64,000 bases of DNA from the NCBI GenBank assembly GCA_016208235.1, contig JACQYN010000014.1, positions 203-64,202 on the forward strand, in the 5' to 3' direction. This document shows positions 45,472 to 55,372 of this stretch, piece after piece (positions within the stretch are counted from its first letter, which is position 1; every line of letters starts with the position of its first letter). A program made the position numbers and the translations under genes. The notes below the pieces were generated by a model. That model saw only the letters and a program-made list of their open reading frames with translations. It was not told where the DNA came from and searched no databases. This stretch comes from Deltaproteobacteria bacterium (lineage in GTDB: Bacteria > Desulfobacterota > Desulfobaccia > Desulfobaccales > 0-14-0-80-60-11).

Positions 45472-46536
45472 ATGGAAGATTATTACGAAACCCTGGGCAT
45501 CTCCAGGAACGCCACGCCTGAGGAGATAAAGACCGCGTACCGCCGGTTGGCCCTGAGGTACCATCCAGACAAAAATCCCGGTAACCAGGCCGCGGAAGAG
45601 AGGTTTAAACTCCTGTCCGAGGCCTATCAGGTATTGTCCGACATCGAAAAGCGGCAGCTTTACGATCTTTACGGGCACGCGGGCCTGGCGGGCATGGATG
45701 TGAGCGGCTTCGGCGGTTTTGAAGACATCTTCTCCAGTTTCGGCGAGGTTTTCGAGGATTTCTTCGGGTTCGGGCGGCGGCGGGGCCGTCCCCGGCCCCA
45801 ACCCGGCGCGGATTTGCGCCACCGGGTGGTGCTGACCCTGGAGCAGGTGATGCAGGGGATAGACACCTCCCTGGAGGTGGAGCGCCACGCGCCCTGCCGC
45901 AGTTGCTTCGGCACCGGCCTGGAGCCCGGCACCCGGTCCCAGACCTGCACCCGCTGCGGCGGCCGGGGCCAGGTGGGCCAGTCCCGGGGGATGCTCAAGA
46001 TTTTCACCACCTGTCCCGAATGCCGGGGCGCGGGCAGCCTCATCGCCACCCCCTGCAAAGAATGCCACGGCGCCGGCGCGGTGCGGGAAACCAAGCAGGT
46101 CCAGGTGCGTATTCCCCCCGGGGTGGATAAAGGCGTGCGTCTGCGCCTCCGGGGCGAAGGCGAGGCCGGCGCGGCCGGGGGCTCTCCGGGTGACCTGTAC
46201 GTCGAAATACAGATCGCGCCCCACCCCCTCTTCACCCGGGAGGGCAAGAACCTGCAGTACCGGGCCCAACTCTCTTTCGTGGAAGCCGCTTTGGGCTCGG
46301 AAGTGGAGATTCCCACCCTCAATTCCTCCGCCCGCCTCACCGTCCCCTCCGGCACCCAGCCCGGGGCCACCTTCCGCATTCCCGGAGAAGGGCTGCCCGG
46401 CCTCCGGGGCAACTCCCGGGGCGACCTGATGGTGGAAGTGGAACTGAAAACCCCTACCAAACTCTCTTCCCGGCAAGAAGAATTGCTCAAAGAATTCCTT
46501 AAGCTCACCGAACAAGAAACCCGGAAAGCCAAGTAA
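45472..46536 (+). CDS. dnaJ: molecular chaperone DnaJ
   Basis: J domain ([33 protein letters not shown]), G/F region and four CxxCxGxG zinc-finger repeats. Confidence 0.9.
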   Translation: MEDYYETLGISRNATPEEIKTAYRRLALRYHPDKNPGNQAAEERFKLLSEAYQVLSDIEKRQLYDLYGHAGLAGMDVSGFGGFEDIFSSFGEVFEDFFGFGRRRGRPRPQPGADLRHRVVLTLEQVMQGIDTSLEVERHAPCRSCFGTGLEPGTRSQTCTRCGGRGQVGQSRGMLKIFTTCPECRGAGSLIATPCKECHGAGAVRETKQVQVRIPPGVDKGVRLRLRGEGEAGAAGGSPGDLYVEIQIAPHPLFTREGKNLQYRAQLSFVEAALGSEVEIPTLNSSARLTVPSGTQPGATFRIPGEGLPGLRGNSRGDLMVEVELKTPTKLSSRQEELLKEFLKLTEQETRKAK

Positions 46537-46744
46537 TACCGTTTTGGGTTTTTAGTTTTTGGTTTTTCGTGAAAATAGGGGCGGGGGTGTGTCGCAACTG
46601 TGCCGCTTGGCGCCGGGGATGGTTTGGGGATAAGGCGGTGTTTTTGCGGATTATTTCGGGTTGAGTCGGAGAAATTGCGGAACAGGGGGCGGGGGGGAGG
46701 AAAAGGGTTAGCGAGGTTAGGGAAAAGCGGGGAAGGGGGCGCAA

Positions 46745-47062
46745 AAGACCCACCCCCACCCCGACCCTCCCCCCTCAAGGGGGAGGGGGTTTGCACGCCG
46801 GGGACGGCAGATGATTTACGATACCCCTGACATCCAAATGGGAGGAATTTGGGGCTTGGGCAGGGGAGAGAGCGTGGTTGGTCAGGGGGAGGGGGCATGG
46901 TATTAGAGCAGATTATAGGCGGCCTGCGGCCACCGTTTTTGTGGGGGACGGCGGGCGCGGCAAACCCTCTATCCAATTCTCGTATCCGGTTCTCGGCGTA
47001 CAAGGGGTCTTTTCCCCCTCCCCCTTGAGGGGGGAGGGCCGGGGTGGGGGTGAATTGGGGTG
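46745..47062. repeat. inverted pair of G-rich CCCTCAAGGGGGAGGGG elements about 220 bp apart, in a G-tract-dense spacer
   Basis: CCCACCCCCACCCCGACCCTCCCCCCTCAAGGGGGAGGGGG (about 46750-46793) against CCCCCTCCCCCTTGAGGGGGGAGGGCCGGGGTGGGGGTG (about 47017-47059). Confidence 0.85.
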
Positions 47063-47101
47063 GAAAGGGCCTCAATGCCGGACATTGGCCAGGGGGCAGG
47101 A

Positions 47102-47467
47102 TCAGGGGCCGGGGGGCGGGCTGAGGCGGAAGCGTTCGTGGAGGTTTTTTGTAAAGTGGAGGCGCAGGGACTCCCGGAGGGCGCCGAGCGCGACATATAG
47201 GGAGTGGGAGCTGGACGCGGTGTGGTAGAGGCGGTCCAGTCTGAGGGACAGGAGTTCCAGTTGCTCTAATAAGGCTTTTTGCGCCTCCCGGTGGGCATGG
47301 AGTTCGTGGAGGTCCATTTGCTGCTGGAGGTGGCGGGTGTGGCGGCAGAGGGACGAAGGGGAGAGGCCGTAGGGCGCGGCCAGGGCGCGGTAAGAGACGC
47401 CGTTTAAGAGGCCCCGGTCGATCTCGACCCGGGAGGGATGATTGCAGACACTACACCGCTTATTCAT
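47102..47467 (-). CDS. zinc-ribbon + helix-turn-helix protein (phage/plasmid-type small regulator)
   Basis: CSVCNHPSRVEIDRGLLNGVSYRALAAPYGLSPSSLCRHTRHL resembles small HTH proteins common in phages. The C-terminal half is helical. Confidence 0.5.
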   Translation of the reverse strand: MNKRCSVCNHPSRVEIDRGLLNGVSYRALAAPYGLSPSSLCRHTRHLQQQMDLHELHAHREAQKALLEQLELLSLRLDRLYHTASSSHSLYVALGALRESLRLHFTKNLHERFRLSPPPGP

Positions 47468-47613
47468 TTAAAGACCGTTTTCGGTTTTCAGTTTTCGGTT
47501 TTCGGTAAAAGAATCAGGATCAGGATAAGGTTATCAGGGGAGGGGGCAGGGGGCCAGTACGGGTTGTACAGTTGGCAGGAAAAAAGGCGAAAAGGTTCAA
47601 AAATGTAAAGTTT

Positions 47614-47642
47614 TTGACAAAAAGCCAAATATGAACTAACAT
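47614..47642 (+). promoter_or_regulatory. sigma70-like promoter candidate for the ATPase-Toprim gene
   Basis: TTGACA (47614-47619), a 17-nt spacer, then TAACAT (47637-47642). Confidence 0.35.
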
Positions 47643-47761
47643 AGGCACAAGCTGAAGGCTTAGAGGGGCGAAGAAGGCGGCGGGCAGTGGTCTTTCCACA
47701 ATGACTGCTAATTATAAATATAAAACATTATATCAATAATATAAGAAGTATTGAGAATATA

Positions 47762-49315
47762 ATGAAATATCTATACTCGCAATTAGACAAAGATAATTTC
47801 AGTTGGTTTGCTCAAGATATGAGTGTGGCCTCCTTAACGGAAATCGATCTCCGACGTGGAAGTTTGCGAGGTTTGAATGGATTTCAAATTAAGATCACCT
47901 ATCCAATATCGGTGATTGCTGGCAAAAACAGGTCAGGAAAATCAACAATCCTGGCTATGGCCTGCTGTGCTTTTCATAATCGTAAAGAGGGATTTAAACT
48001 ACCTGAAAGAAGATTAACCTATTATTCGTTCTCTGATTTTTTCCTGCAGACTTCAGAAGAAGTTCCATTAGAAGGCATTGCAATATTCTACCGTATAATG
48101 CATAACAATTGGAAAAAATCTAAATATGCACCTGACGGTTCCGGTAACCTATTTCAATCGCGAGTGAAAAGAAGAGGGGGAAAATGGAACAATTATGATA
48201 GGCGGGTAAAAAGAAATGTAGTGTTTCTAGGTGTACAGAGGGTGGTTCCGCATTCCGAGAAAAGCATTTCAACGAGTTATAGGACCTATTTTTCAGATCA
48301 AGCCCCTGCTGGATGGGAGACAGAGGTAAAGGAGGTGGTAGGAAGAATTCTAGGCGCATCTTACGACAGCTTCTGGATGAAAACTTATGGAAGGTATCAT
48401 CTGCCCCTTGTTGCCAACCGTGGGAATATATATTCAGGATTCAATATGGGAGCAGGCGAAAATGCCTTGTTTGAAATATTCTCCATAATTCATGCTACCC
48501 CCAAAGGAACCTTACTTGTCATTGATGAAATCGAGCTTGGGCTTCATGAAGCCGCCCAAAAGAAATTAATCAAAGAACTAAAAGAAGTATGTAGGGAAAG
48601 ACATATTCAAGTAATCTGTACCACCCATTCGGCAGCGATAATTGAAGCAGTTCCTCCAGAAGCTCGTTTTTATATAGAAAATTTTTCTGGAAAAACTAGT
48701 ATTACCCCTGGTATCTCGTCAGCTTACGCAGCAGGGAAGCTCTCAGGGGAAAAATCAAATGAATTGGATATATACGTAGAGGATGGGAAGGCTGAAACTA
48801 TTGTGGAACCATTTTTAAGTAATGATGTAAGAAAGCGTGTATCAATAATTCCGATAGGTTCTCCAATAACAATTATCCGCCATATGGCTGGACGATATAA
48901 AGAAAAAAGGAAAGCAGAATGTATATGTGTTATGGATGGTGACCAGGCAGCGAAAATCCGTCATCATATGAAAAAGTTTCTGGAGGCTTTGGAAAACAGC
49001 AAAGACACTGAAAAAGAGATAGAATGGTTTGAACAAAGATTGGTATTTTTGCCAGGAAAAACTTGGCCTGAAAAATGGTTGATTCAAACTCTTAGATCAA
49101 TAGACCTAAGCGAATTAGCTGAGATTTTACGGATTTCCAAAGAAGAGCTTTCTTCTTATATTGAAGATGCGACAAGTGCAAAAAAACATGATGAAATTTA
49201 CATATTAGCAAAGAGCTTATCGCTAAATCATCAACATGCATGCTCTACGATATGCCAGTGGTTATCGCGGGTAAAAAATGAGGAGTTTGCTTTAATAGAT
49301 CAAAAGATAAGATAA
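47762..49315 (+). CDS. ABC-type (AAA_15/21-like) ATPase fused to a Toprim/DUF4435-like domain; OLD-family / fused PARIS-like defence candidate
   Basis: Walker A VIAGKNRSGKSTIL; signature-like FNMGAGENALF; Walker B LLVIDEIELGLHE; H-loop ICTTHS. The C-terminal IYVEDGKAE and CVMDGDQ (E...DxD, 52 residues apart) fit a Toprim fold. The gene is strongly AT-rich relative to its flanks. Confidence 0.65.
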   Translation: MKYLYSQLDKDNFSWFAQDMSVASLTEIDLRRGSLRGLNGFQIKITYPISVIAGKNRSGKSTILAMACCAFHNRKEGFKLPERRLTYYSFSDFFLQTSEEVPLEGIAIFYRIMHNNWKKSKYAPDGSGNLFQSRVKRRGGKWNNYDRRVKRNVVFLGVQRVVPHSEKSISTSYRTYFSDQAPAGWETEVKEVVGRILGASYDSFWMKTYGRYHLPLVANRGNIYSGFNMGAGENALFEIFSIIHATPKGTLLVIDEIELGLHEAAQKKLIKELKEVCRERHIQVICTTHSAAIIEAVPPEARFYIENFSGKTSITPGISSAYAAGKLSGEKSNELDIYVEDGKAETIVEPFLSNDVRKRVSIIPIGSPITIIRHMAGRYKEKRKAECICVMDGDQAAKIRHHMKKFLEALENSKDTEKEIEWFEQRLVFLPGKTWPEKWLIQTLRSIDLSELAEILRISKEELSSYIEDATSAKKHDEIYILAKSLSLNHQHACSTICQWLSRVKNEEFALIDQKIR

Positions 49316-49494
49316 GAAACTTCTTAAGATAACCCAGCACAGGCAAGATGCCTGTGCCACCAAAAGAAAGATTCTTCGGTCGCTTCGCTTCCTCAGAATG
49401 ACAGTTTTTCTTTTACTGGCCACTGGCTACTGGCCACTGACCACTATTCCCCGATCTCCATCCCCACAAATACTCCTCTCCAATCCCACACCCC

Positions 49495-51489
49495 CTATGC
49501 ATACTTCAATTTGGCCTCTTCCAGGGAGCGGATTTGGTCCCGGAGGTGGGCGGCGCGTTCGAAGTCGAGTTTTTTGGCCGCGGATTGCATCTCTTTTTTC
49601 AGGCGGTTGATGGGGGCGGGGGTGGTTTCCGCCAGGTAGGGGGATTGTTCTTCCGCGGCCTTGGGGATGGTGACGTAGTCCTGTTCGTAGACGGAGGACA
49701 AAATATCTTTGATTTTGCTTTGGATGGTCTCCGGGGTGATGTGGTGGCGGCGGTTGTAGACCTCCTGGACCCGGCGGCGGCGGTTGGTTTCGTCGATGGC
49801 CGCGGCCATGGAGGGGGTGACCCGGTCGGCGTAAAACAAGACCTGGCCCCGGACGTGGCGGGCGGCCCGGCCGCAGGTCTGGATGAGGGAGCGGGCGGAG
49901 CGCAGAAACCCTTCCTTGTCGGCGTCGAGGATGGCCACCAGGGAGACTTCCGGCAGGTCCAGGCCCTCCCGCAGCAGGTTGATGCCGATGAGGACCTCGA
50001 AGACGCCCAGGCGCAGGTCCCGGATGATCTCCATGCGCTCGAGGGTGGTGATGTCGGAATGGAGGTAGCGGACTTTGAGGCCCAGGTCCCGGTAGTATTC
50101 GGTGAGGTCTTCGGCCATGCGCTTGGTGAGGGTGGTGACCAGGACCCGTTCTTCCCGGTCCAGGCGGGCGCGGATTTCGGCCAAAAGGTCGTCCACCTGG
50201 TGGGTGGCGGGTTTGACCACGATCTCGGGGTCCATGAGGCCGGTGGGGCGCACCACTTGTTCTACGACCCGGCTCGCGGCCTGCTCCATTTCGTAGGGGC
50301 CGGGGGTGGCGGAGACGTAGATGAGTTGGCTGACCCGGGCCTTAAATTCCTCGAAGCTCAAGGGGCGGTTGTCCAGGGCCGAAGGCAGGCGGAAGCCGTA
50401 GTCCACCAGGGTCTGTTTCCGGGAGCGGTCGCCCCGGAACATGCCCTGGAGCTGGGGGATGGAGATGTGGGACTCGTCGATGACCATCAGGGATTCCCGG
50501 GGCAGGTAGTCCAGGAGGGTGGGGGGCGGCTCCCCCGCGGCCCGGCCGGTGAGGTGCCGGGAGTAGTTCTCGATGCCGTGGCAATAGCCCAACTCTTTAA
50601 GCATCTCCAGATCGAAGCGGGTGCGCTCCTCTATCCGCTGGGCCTCGATGAGCTTGCCCTGATTTTGGAAATAGGGGAGGCGCTCGCCCAGCTCGGCCTC
50701 GATGGCCTCCAGGGCCAGGGAGCGGCGCAAATCGGTGGTGACGTAGTGGGACGCGGGATAGACCGTGACTTTTTTGAGTTTTTGGATGGTGGTGCCCCGT
50801 AAAGGGTCGATCTCCCGGATGGACTCCACGGTGTCGCCCCAGAACTCGATGCGCAGGGCCCGGTCCTCTTCGTAGGCCGGGAAGATTTCCACCCGGTCGC
50901 CGCGAACACGAAAAGTGCCGCGGTGGAAATCGATGTCGTTTCTTTCGTAGAGAATATCCACCAGCTTGCGGAGGACCTCTTTGCGGTCCTTTTTCATGCC
51001 CTCCTCGAGGTAGAGGAGCATGCCGTGGTAGGCCTCCGGCGAGCCCAGGCCGTAGATGCAGGAGACGGACGCGACGATGATCACGTCCTGGCGCTCGAGC
51101 AGCGAGCGGGTGGCGGAGTGGCGCAGGCGGTCGATGGCTTCGTTGATGGCGGAGTCTTTTTCGATATAGAGGTCGGCCTGGGGCACGTAGGCCTCGGGCT
51201 GGTAGTAGTCGTAGTAGCTGACGAAATACTCCACCGCGTTGTCCGGGAAGAATTCCTGGAACTCGCCGTAGAGCTGGGCCGCCAGGGTCTTGTTGGGGGC
51301 CAGGACCAGGGTGGGGCGGTTGATCCGGGCGATGACGTTGGCGATGGTGAAGGTCTTGCCGGAACCGGTGACGCCTAGGAGGACCTGGTGGGGCTCGCCG
51401 GCGCGCACCCCCGCGGTGAGCTTCTTGATGGCCTCGGGCTGGTCGCCTTTGGGTTTAAAAGAAGTGACTAAGTGGAAGCGGTCGGACAT
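49495..51489 (-). CDS. uvrB: excinuclease ABC subunit B
   Basis: 664 aa with [10 protein letters not shown], a DESH box and the C-terminal UVR domain [11 protein letters not shown]. Confidence 0.96.
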   Translation of the reverse strand: MSDRFHLVTSFKPKGDQPEAIKKLTAGVRAGEPHQVLLGVTGSGKTFTIANVIARINRPTLVLAPNKTLAAQLYGEFQEFFPDNAVEYFVSYYDYYQPEAYVPQADLYIEKDSAINEAIDRLRHSATRSLLERQDVIIVASVSCIYGLGSPEAYHGMLLYLEEGMKKDRKEVLRKLVDILYERNDIDFHRGTFRVRGDRVEIFPAYEEDRALRIEFWGDTVESIREIDPLRGTTIQKLKKVTVYPASHYVTTDLRRSLALEAIEAELGERLPYFQNQGKLIEAQRIEERTRFDLEMLKELGYCHGIENYSRHLTGRAAGEPPPTLLDYLPRESLMVIDESHISIPQLQGMFRGDRSRKQTLVDYGFRLPSALDNRPLSFEEFKARVSQLIYVSATPGPYEMEQAASRVVEQVVRPTGLMDPEIVVKPATHQVDDLLAEIRARLDREERVLVTTLTKRMAEDLTEYYRDLGLKVRYLHSDITTLERMEIIRDLRLGVFEVLIGINLLREGLDLPEVSLVAILDADKEGFLRSARSLIQTCGRAARHVRGQVLFYADRVTPSMAAAIDETNRRRRVQEVYNRRHHITPETIQSKIKDILSSVYEQDYVTIPKAAEEQSPYLAETTPAPINRLKKEMQSAAKKLDFERAAHLRDQIRSLEEAKLKYA

Positions 51490-51505
51490 GGGGATATTAT
51501 ATCAA

Positions 51506-51633
51506 AAGAAGTGGTCAGTGGTCAGTGGCCAGTGGCCAGTTAATCAGTAATCAGTGGTCAGGGGTCAGAGGGAAAAGAAGTGGTCAGTGGCCAGAGAAAA
51601 AACTGATTACTGATCACTGACCACTGGCCACTG
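51506..51633. repeat. (CAGTGGY)n arms and GGTCAGGGGTCAG segment downstream of the GYD gene
   Basis: AAGAAGTGGTCAGTGGTCAGTGGCCAGTGGCCAG...GGTCAGGGGTCAGAGGGAAAAGAAGTGGTCAGTGGCC...CTGATTACTGATCACTGACCACTGGCCACTG. Confidence 0.88.
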
Positions 51634-51643
51634 TATCCCGGCC

Positions 51644-51928
51644 CTATCCCGCGGCAATGATTTTGTCGAACTCTTCCACTGCGATCGCCGGGCAGGTGGT
51701 GAAAGAGATCCCGGTCATTTTGCTCAAGGCCAGAGAAGCCTTGACCGCGGCCTCGATTCCCGGGAGGTTGACCACCAACAGAAGGTCGGTTTCTCCCAGC
51801 AAGGCATACATCGCCTTCACTTCTCCGCCCAGTTTCTTGATCAAACCCTCTGCGGCTTTGGTGCGCTCCGAGCTGGCCTCTTTAATGGCCTGGGCCGAGT
51901 ACTTGCCAAACATCAGGAATGTAGCCAT
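51644..51928 (-). CDS. GYD-domain protein
   Basis: MATFLMFGKYS...MYALLGETDLLLVVNLP. AAGGAGG lies 7 nt upstream of the ATG at 51928. Confidence 0.7.
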   Translation of the reverse strand: MATFLMFGKYSAQAIKEASSERTKAAEGLIKKLGGEVKAMYALLGETDLLLVVNLPGIEAAVKASLALSKMTGISFTTCPAIAVEEFDKIIAAG

Positions 51929-52027
51929 GTGCAACCCTCCTTAAAGACGGTTTTCAGTTTTCGGTTTTCGGTTTGGGGTTTGGGTTTTTGCGTTTAAAAA
52001 AAACGGATTACAGAGCCCCACGCAACA

Positions 52028-52085
52028 TTACTGACCACTGACCACCGACCACTTCTTTTCCCTGACCCCTGACCCCTGACCCCTG
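52028..52085. repeat. inverted partner of 51556-51594
   Basis: TTACTGACCACTGACCACCGACCACTTCTTTTCCCTGACCCCTGACCCCTGACCCCTG. Its reverse complement matches 51556-51594 with about 2 mismatches and 1 indel, by eye. Confidence 0.85.
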
Positions 52086-52087
52086 CA

Positions 52088-53560
52088 TCACTTCACCCGC
52101 CAGATAGTGCCCTGGGGGGTGTCCTCTAACAAAATGCCCTTCTCCAACAACTCTTTCCGGATGCTGTCCGCCCGGGCGTAGTCCTTGTCTTTCCGGGCCT
52201 GGGTGCGGGCGGCGATGAGGTGTTCGATCTCTTCCGGGCTGATTTGCAGGTCCAGGGGTTTCTGGCGCAGGGACTTGACCATGGCCGCGGGGTCGGCCTG
52301 GAGCAGGTTCAGGACCGCGCCCAGTTCCTTAATTCCCCGGTGCAGGTTGAAGAGGATGGTGAGATAACCCGGTTCGGAGCACTGTTCCTCCAGCAGGCGG
52401 TTGAGGAGGCGCACGGCTTCGAAGAGAAAACCCAGGGCCTGGGCGGTGTTCAGGTCATCGTCCAGGGCGTTGGCGAGGCGGCCCTGGAGGGACCCCAGGC
52501 GGGCGCATTCTTCAAAGGTGAGGTTGGCGGGGTAGTAATCCAGTTTCCCGGGCAGGGCAATGTGGGGATACTGGCGCAGTACGTCTTCCAGATGGGCCAG
52601 GCAGGTGTAGAGGCGCAGGAGCGCAGTCTCCGCCTCCGCCAGGGCCGCGTCCGAGAAGTCCAGGGGGCTGCGGTAATGGACGTTGATCAGGAAGAAGCGC
52701 ACCACTTCCGCGGGGAATTTGGCCAGGACCTCCTTCACCGTGAAAAAGTTCCCCAGGGACTTGGACATCTTTTCCTGGTTGATGGTGAGCAGCCCGTGGT
52801 GCAGCCAGAACCGGGAAAAAGGTTTTCCTGTGGCCGCCTCGGACTGGGCCAGTTCGTTTTCGTGGTGGGGGAATACCAGATCCTGGCCGCCGCCGTGGAG
52901 GTCCAGGGTCTCCCCCAGGTAGCGCATGGACATGGCGGAGCACTCGATGTGCCAGCCCGGGCGGCCCGGGCCCCAGGGGCTGTCCCAGGCCGGCTCCCCG
53001 GGCTTGGACCCTTTCCAGAGGACGAAGTCCAGGGGGTCCTCTTTATGGGGGTCCACTTCGATACGGGCGCCCACCAGCATATCATCCAGGCTCTGTCCGG
53101 AGAGTTTGCCGTAGCCAGGAAAACGCCGCACCCGGAAATAAACGTCTTCGTTGCCCTGATAGGCAAAGCCTTTATCTTCCAGGACCCGGATGAGGTCGAT
53201 GATCTCCGGGATATGCTCCGTGGCCCGAGGCTCAATCTGGGCCGGGGGGATCCCTAAGGCCGCCATGTCCTCCCGGAAGGAGGCGATGTAGCGCTCCGCC
53301 ACCTCCAGCCAGGGCACCCCGGTCTCCTGGGCCCGGCGGATGATCTTATCGTCGATGTCGGTGAAGTTGCGCACCCAGGTGACCTCCAGGCCCCGGCGCC
53401 GCAGGTAGCGCACCAGGACCTCGAAGACCACGGTGGAGCGGGCGTGCCCCAGGTGGCAGTCGTCGTACACCGTCACCCCGCAGGCATAGAGACCCACTTT
53501 TCCGGGGCGCAGGGGCTGGAAAGATTCTTTGCATCGACTTAAAGTATTATAGAGCTGCAT
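52088..53560 (-). CDS. cysS: cysteine--tRNA ligase
   Basis: HLGH (CHLGHARS) and KMSKS motifs; 490 aa. Confidence 0.95.
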   Translation of the reverse strand: MQLYNTLSRCKESFQPLRPGKVGLYACGVTVYDDCHLGHARSTVVFEVLVRYLRRRGLEVTWVRNFTDIDDKIIRRAQETGVPWLEVAERYIASFREDMAALGIPPAQIEPRATEHIPEIIDLIRVLEDKGFAYQGNEDVYFRVRRFPGYGKLSGQSLDDMLVGARIEVDPHKEDPLDFVLWKGSKPGEPAWDSPWGPGRPGWHIECSAMSMRYLGETLDLHGGGQDLVFPHHENELAQSEAATGKPFSRFWLHHGLLTINQEKMSKSLGNFFTVKEVLAKFPAEVVRFFLINVHYRSPLDFSDAALAEAETALLRLYTCLAHLEDVLRQYPHIALPGKLDYYPANLTFEECARLGSLQGRLANALDDDLNTAQALGFLFEAVRLLNRLLEEQCSEPGYLTILFNLHRGIKELGAVLNLLQADPAAMVKSLRQKPLDLQISPEEIEHLIAARTQARKDKDYARADSIRKELLEKGILLEDTPQGTIWRVK

Positions 53561-53649
53561 AGCAAAAAGGGGTTGACAAGTCCGGGAAGATAAGAGAAGT
53601 CATTTTTCTAGTCCCGTTCCTGAAACGGGGAGCAACCTCAGGAGGAATA

Positions 53650-53910
53650 ATGTCCGAAGTCATCAGCCGGGTGCCGAAAAACGCCCGGGAAGTTCTATTT
53701 CTGTCTTTGTCCGAGTTCAAGGGCCACCGCCTCATCGATTTTCGGGTCCATGTCCCCGGCGATAAAGAAGAGGAATGGGTGCCCACCCGCAAGGGGGTTT
53801 CCCTGGCCGTGGGGCTCTATCCGGCTTTCAAGCAAGCCCTGGCCCAGCTGGAAGCGGCTTTGCTGGAGCAGGGTCTGCTGGATCCGGAGGACCTGGAGTC
53901 TCCGCAGTAG
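53650..53910 (+). CDS. PC4/YdbC-like ssDNA-binding domain protein
   Basis: REVLFLSLSEFKGHRLIDFRVHV...WVPTRKGVSL fits the bacterial PC4-like pattern. Confidence 0.55.
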   Translation: MSEVISRVPKNAREVLFLSLSEFKGHRLIDFRVHVPGDKEEEWVPTRKGVSLAVGLYPAFKQALAQLEAALLEQGLLDPEDLESPQ

Positions 53911-54269
53911 GAGGGTACAAGCCGTCAGCTATCAGCAGTCAGCTTATAGAAAAACCGGAGGTTTGGCACTAAATTCAGCAAACCCGGTTTTCCATTTTCT
54001 TTTGATCTGATTCTTGGTTTTAAAAAGCTAAAAGCTGAAGGCTGACTGCTAAATTGCCCCTGGCCCCTCCCGCAGAACTGCCTTGCTGGTTATTTGATAT
54101 TACCCCAGGACTCACCGGATAGGCAAACGGAAAAGGGTGGGGTGCGCCAGGGGGCGGGGAGAGACAAGGAAAAAAGGCCGCAATTGCGGTGATTGTCCCA
54201 GGCGCTATCCTGGAGATGAGTTCTGCGGAATTGGCTTTAAAGGGAAGGTCGGGGAGGAGGCGAAGACGC

Positions 54270-55175
54270 TCAGGTCCCCGGACCTTTTCCCAAAAGCCTT
54301 TTTTCACGGGTCTTGGTCTGGGTCTTCGGCAACGCGGCCCGGTTTTGGCTCTTCTCCTCATAAAGGGCGCGGTCGGCCTGGGCCATGAGGGCCGCGGGGG
54401 TAAGACGGCGGTCCGGCTGGAACCGGGCGTAGCCCAGGCTGAGCCCCACGGGAAAGGGAAAAACCGCAGCCAGGCCCATTTCCACCCGCCGGCGCAGGGC
54501 CAGCAAGCTGCTGAGATCCCGGTAGTACAGGCAGGCGAACTCATCTCCCCCATGCCGGGCCAGCATTTCCGGTTTCTTCAACTGAGCCGACCAGGATTGG
54601 GCCAGTTCCTTCAGAAACGCGTCCCCCACCCGGTGCCCCCACTGGTCGTTGATCTCCTTGAAGCGATCCACATCCGCCATGGCCACCAAGAAAGGGCGTC
54701 CGGCCCGGCAGGCTTCCTTCAGGGTGTTGTCCCAGTGGCGCCGGTTAAAGAGGCCGGTGAGCTCATCCCGGCTGGCCAGGTCCTGGAGGGCCTTCTGGGC
54801 CTGGGTCAGGCGCAGCCCCGCTTTGACCTTGGCTCCCACCTCCACCGGATCGATGGGTTTGGTGATGAAGTCGTCCGCGCCTTTGGAGATGCCTTCACCG
54901 ATGTAACTCTTTTCCAAGGCGGTGAGGAAGATGAAGAAGATCTCTTTGAGCGCGGGGTCCCCCTTGATGGCCTGGCAGACCTGGGGACCGTCCACTCCGG
55001 GCATCATCCAATCACAGATGATCAATTCCGGCTTTTCTTGCTGCGCCCGGGCCAAACCGGAGGCGCCATCGGTAGCCACCATCACCTGGTAGCCTTCCTT
55101 CTCTAAAAATTTTTGGAGGATCCGCAAACACGCGGGGTCGTCATCCACCACTAAAACCCTGGGGGTTGCAGGCAT
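54270..55175 (-). CDS. response regulator receiver + GGDEF diguanylate cyclase
   Basis: REC (VLVVDDDP...LIICDWMMPGVDG) followed by a GGDEF domain (HGGDEFACLY). Confidence 0.85.
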   Translation of the reverse strand: MPATPRVLVVDDDPACLRILQKFLEKEGYQVMVATDGASGLARAQQEKPELIICDWMMPGVDGPQVCQAIKGDPALKEIFFIFLTALEKSYIGEGISKGADDFITKPIDPVEVGAKVKAGLRLTQAQKALQDLASRDELTGLFNRRHWDNTLKEACRAGRPFLVAMADVDRFKEINDQWGHRVGDAFLKELAQSWSAQLKKPEMLARHGGDEFACLYYRDLSSLLALRRRVEMGLAAVFPFPVGLSLGYARFQPDRRLTPAALMAQADRALYEEKSQNRAALPKTQTKTREKRLLGKGPGT

Positions 55176-55372
55176 ATCAAACCTCAAGGACCGTTTCCGG
55201 GTCCGTTTTTTCGTTTTGGGTTAAAAGATCTATAAATTGCGTCAAAAATAATTGGGCATCTTTGTCTCCGCGCCCTCTGGGCCTCCGCGGCGAATCTTTT
55301 TTCCCCCAGAGGCGCAGAGAACGTAGAGAAAGTTTATGTGCAATTACTTAAGGCGCTCTGCCTTGAAAAGTG

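Noticed and set aside
45669-47075. 468-aa minus-strand ORF (plus 45409..46515, 368 aa) overlapping dnaJ and the G-rich spacer
   Set aside because: It is antisense to a well-supported dnaJ and runs through repeat DNA. The Pro/Arg/Gly/Ser-dominated composition is typical of open non-coding frames in GC-rich sequence. No motifs were recognised.
49534-50802. 422-aa plus-strand ORF
   Set aside because: It is antisense to uvrB, whose identity is certain, and is a Gly/Asp/Val-rich mirror-frame artefact.
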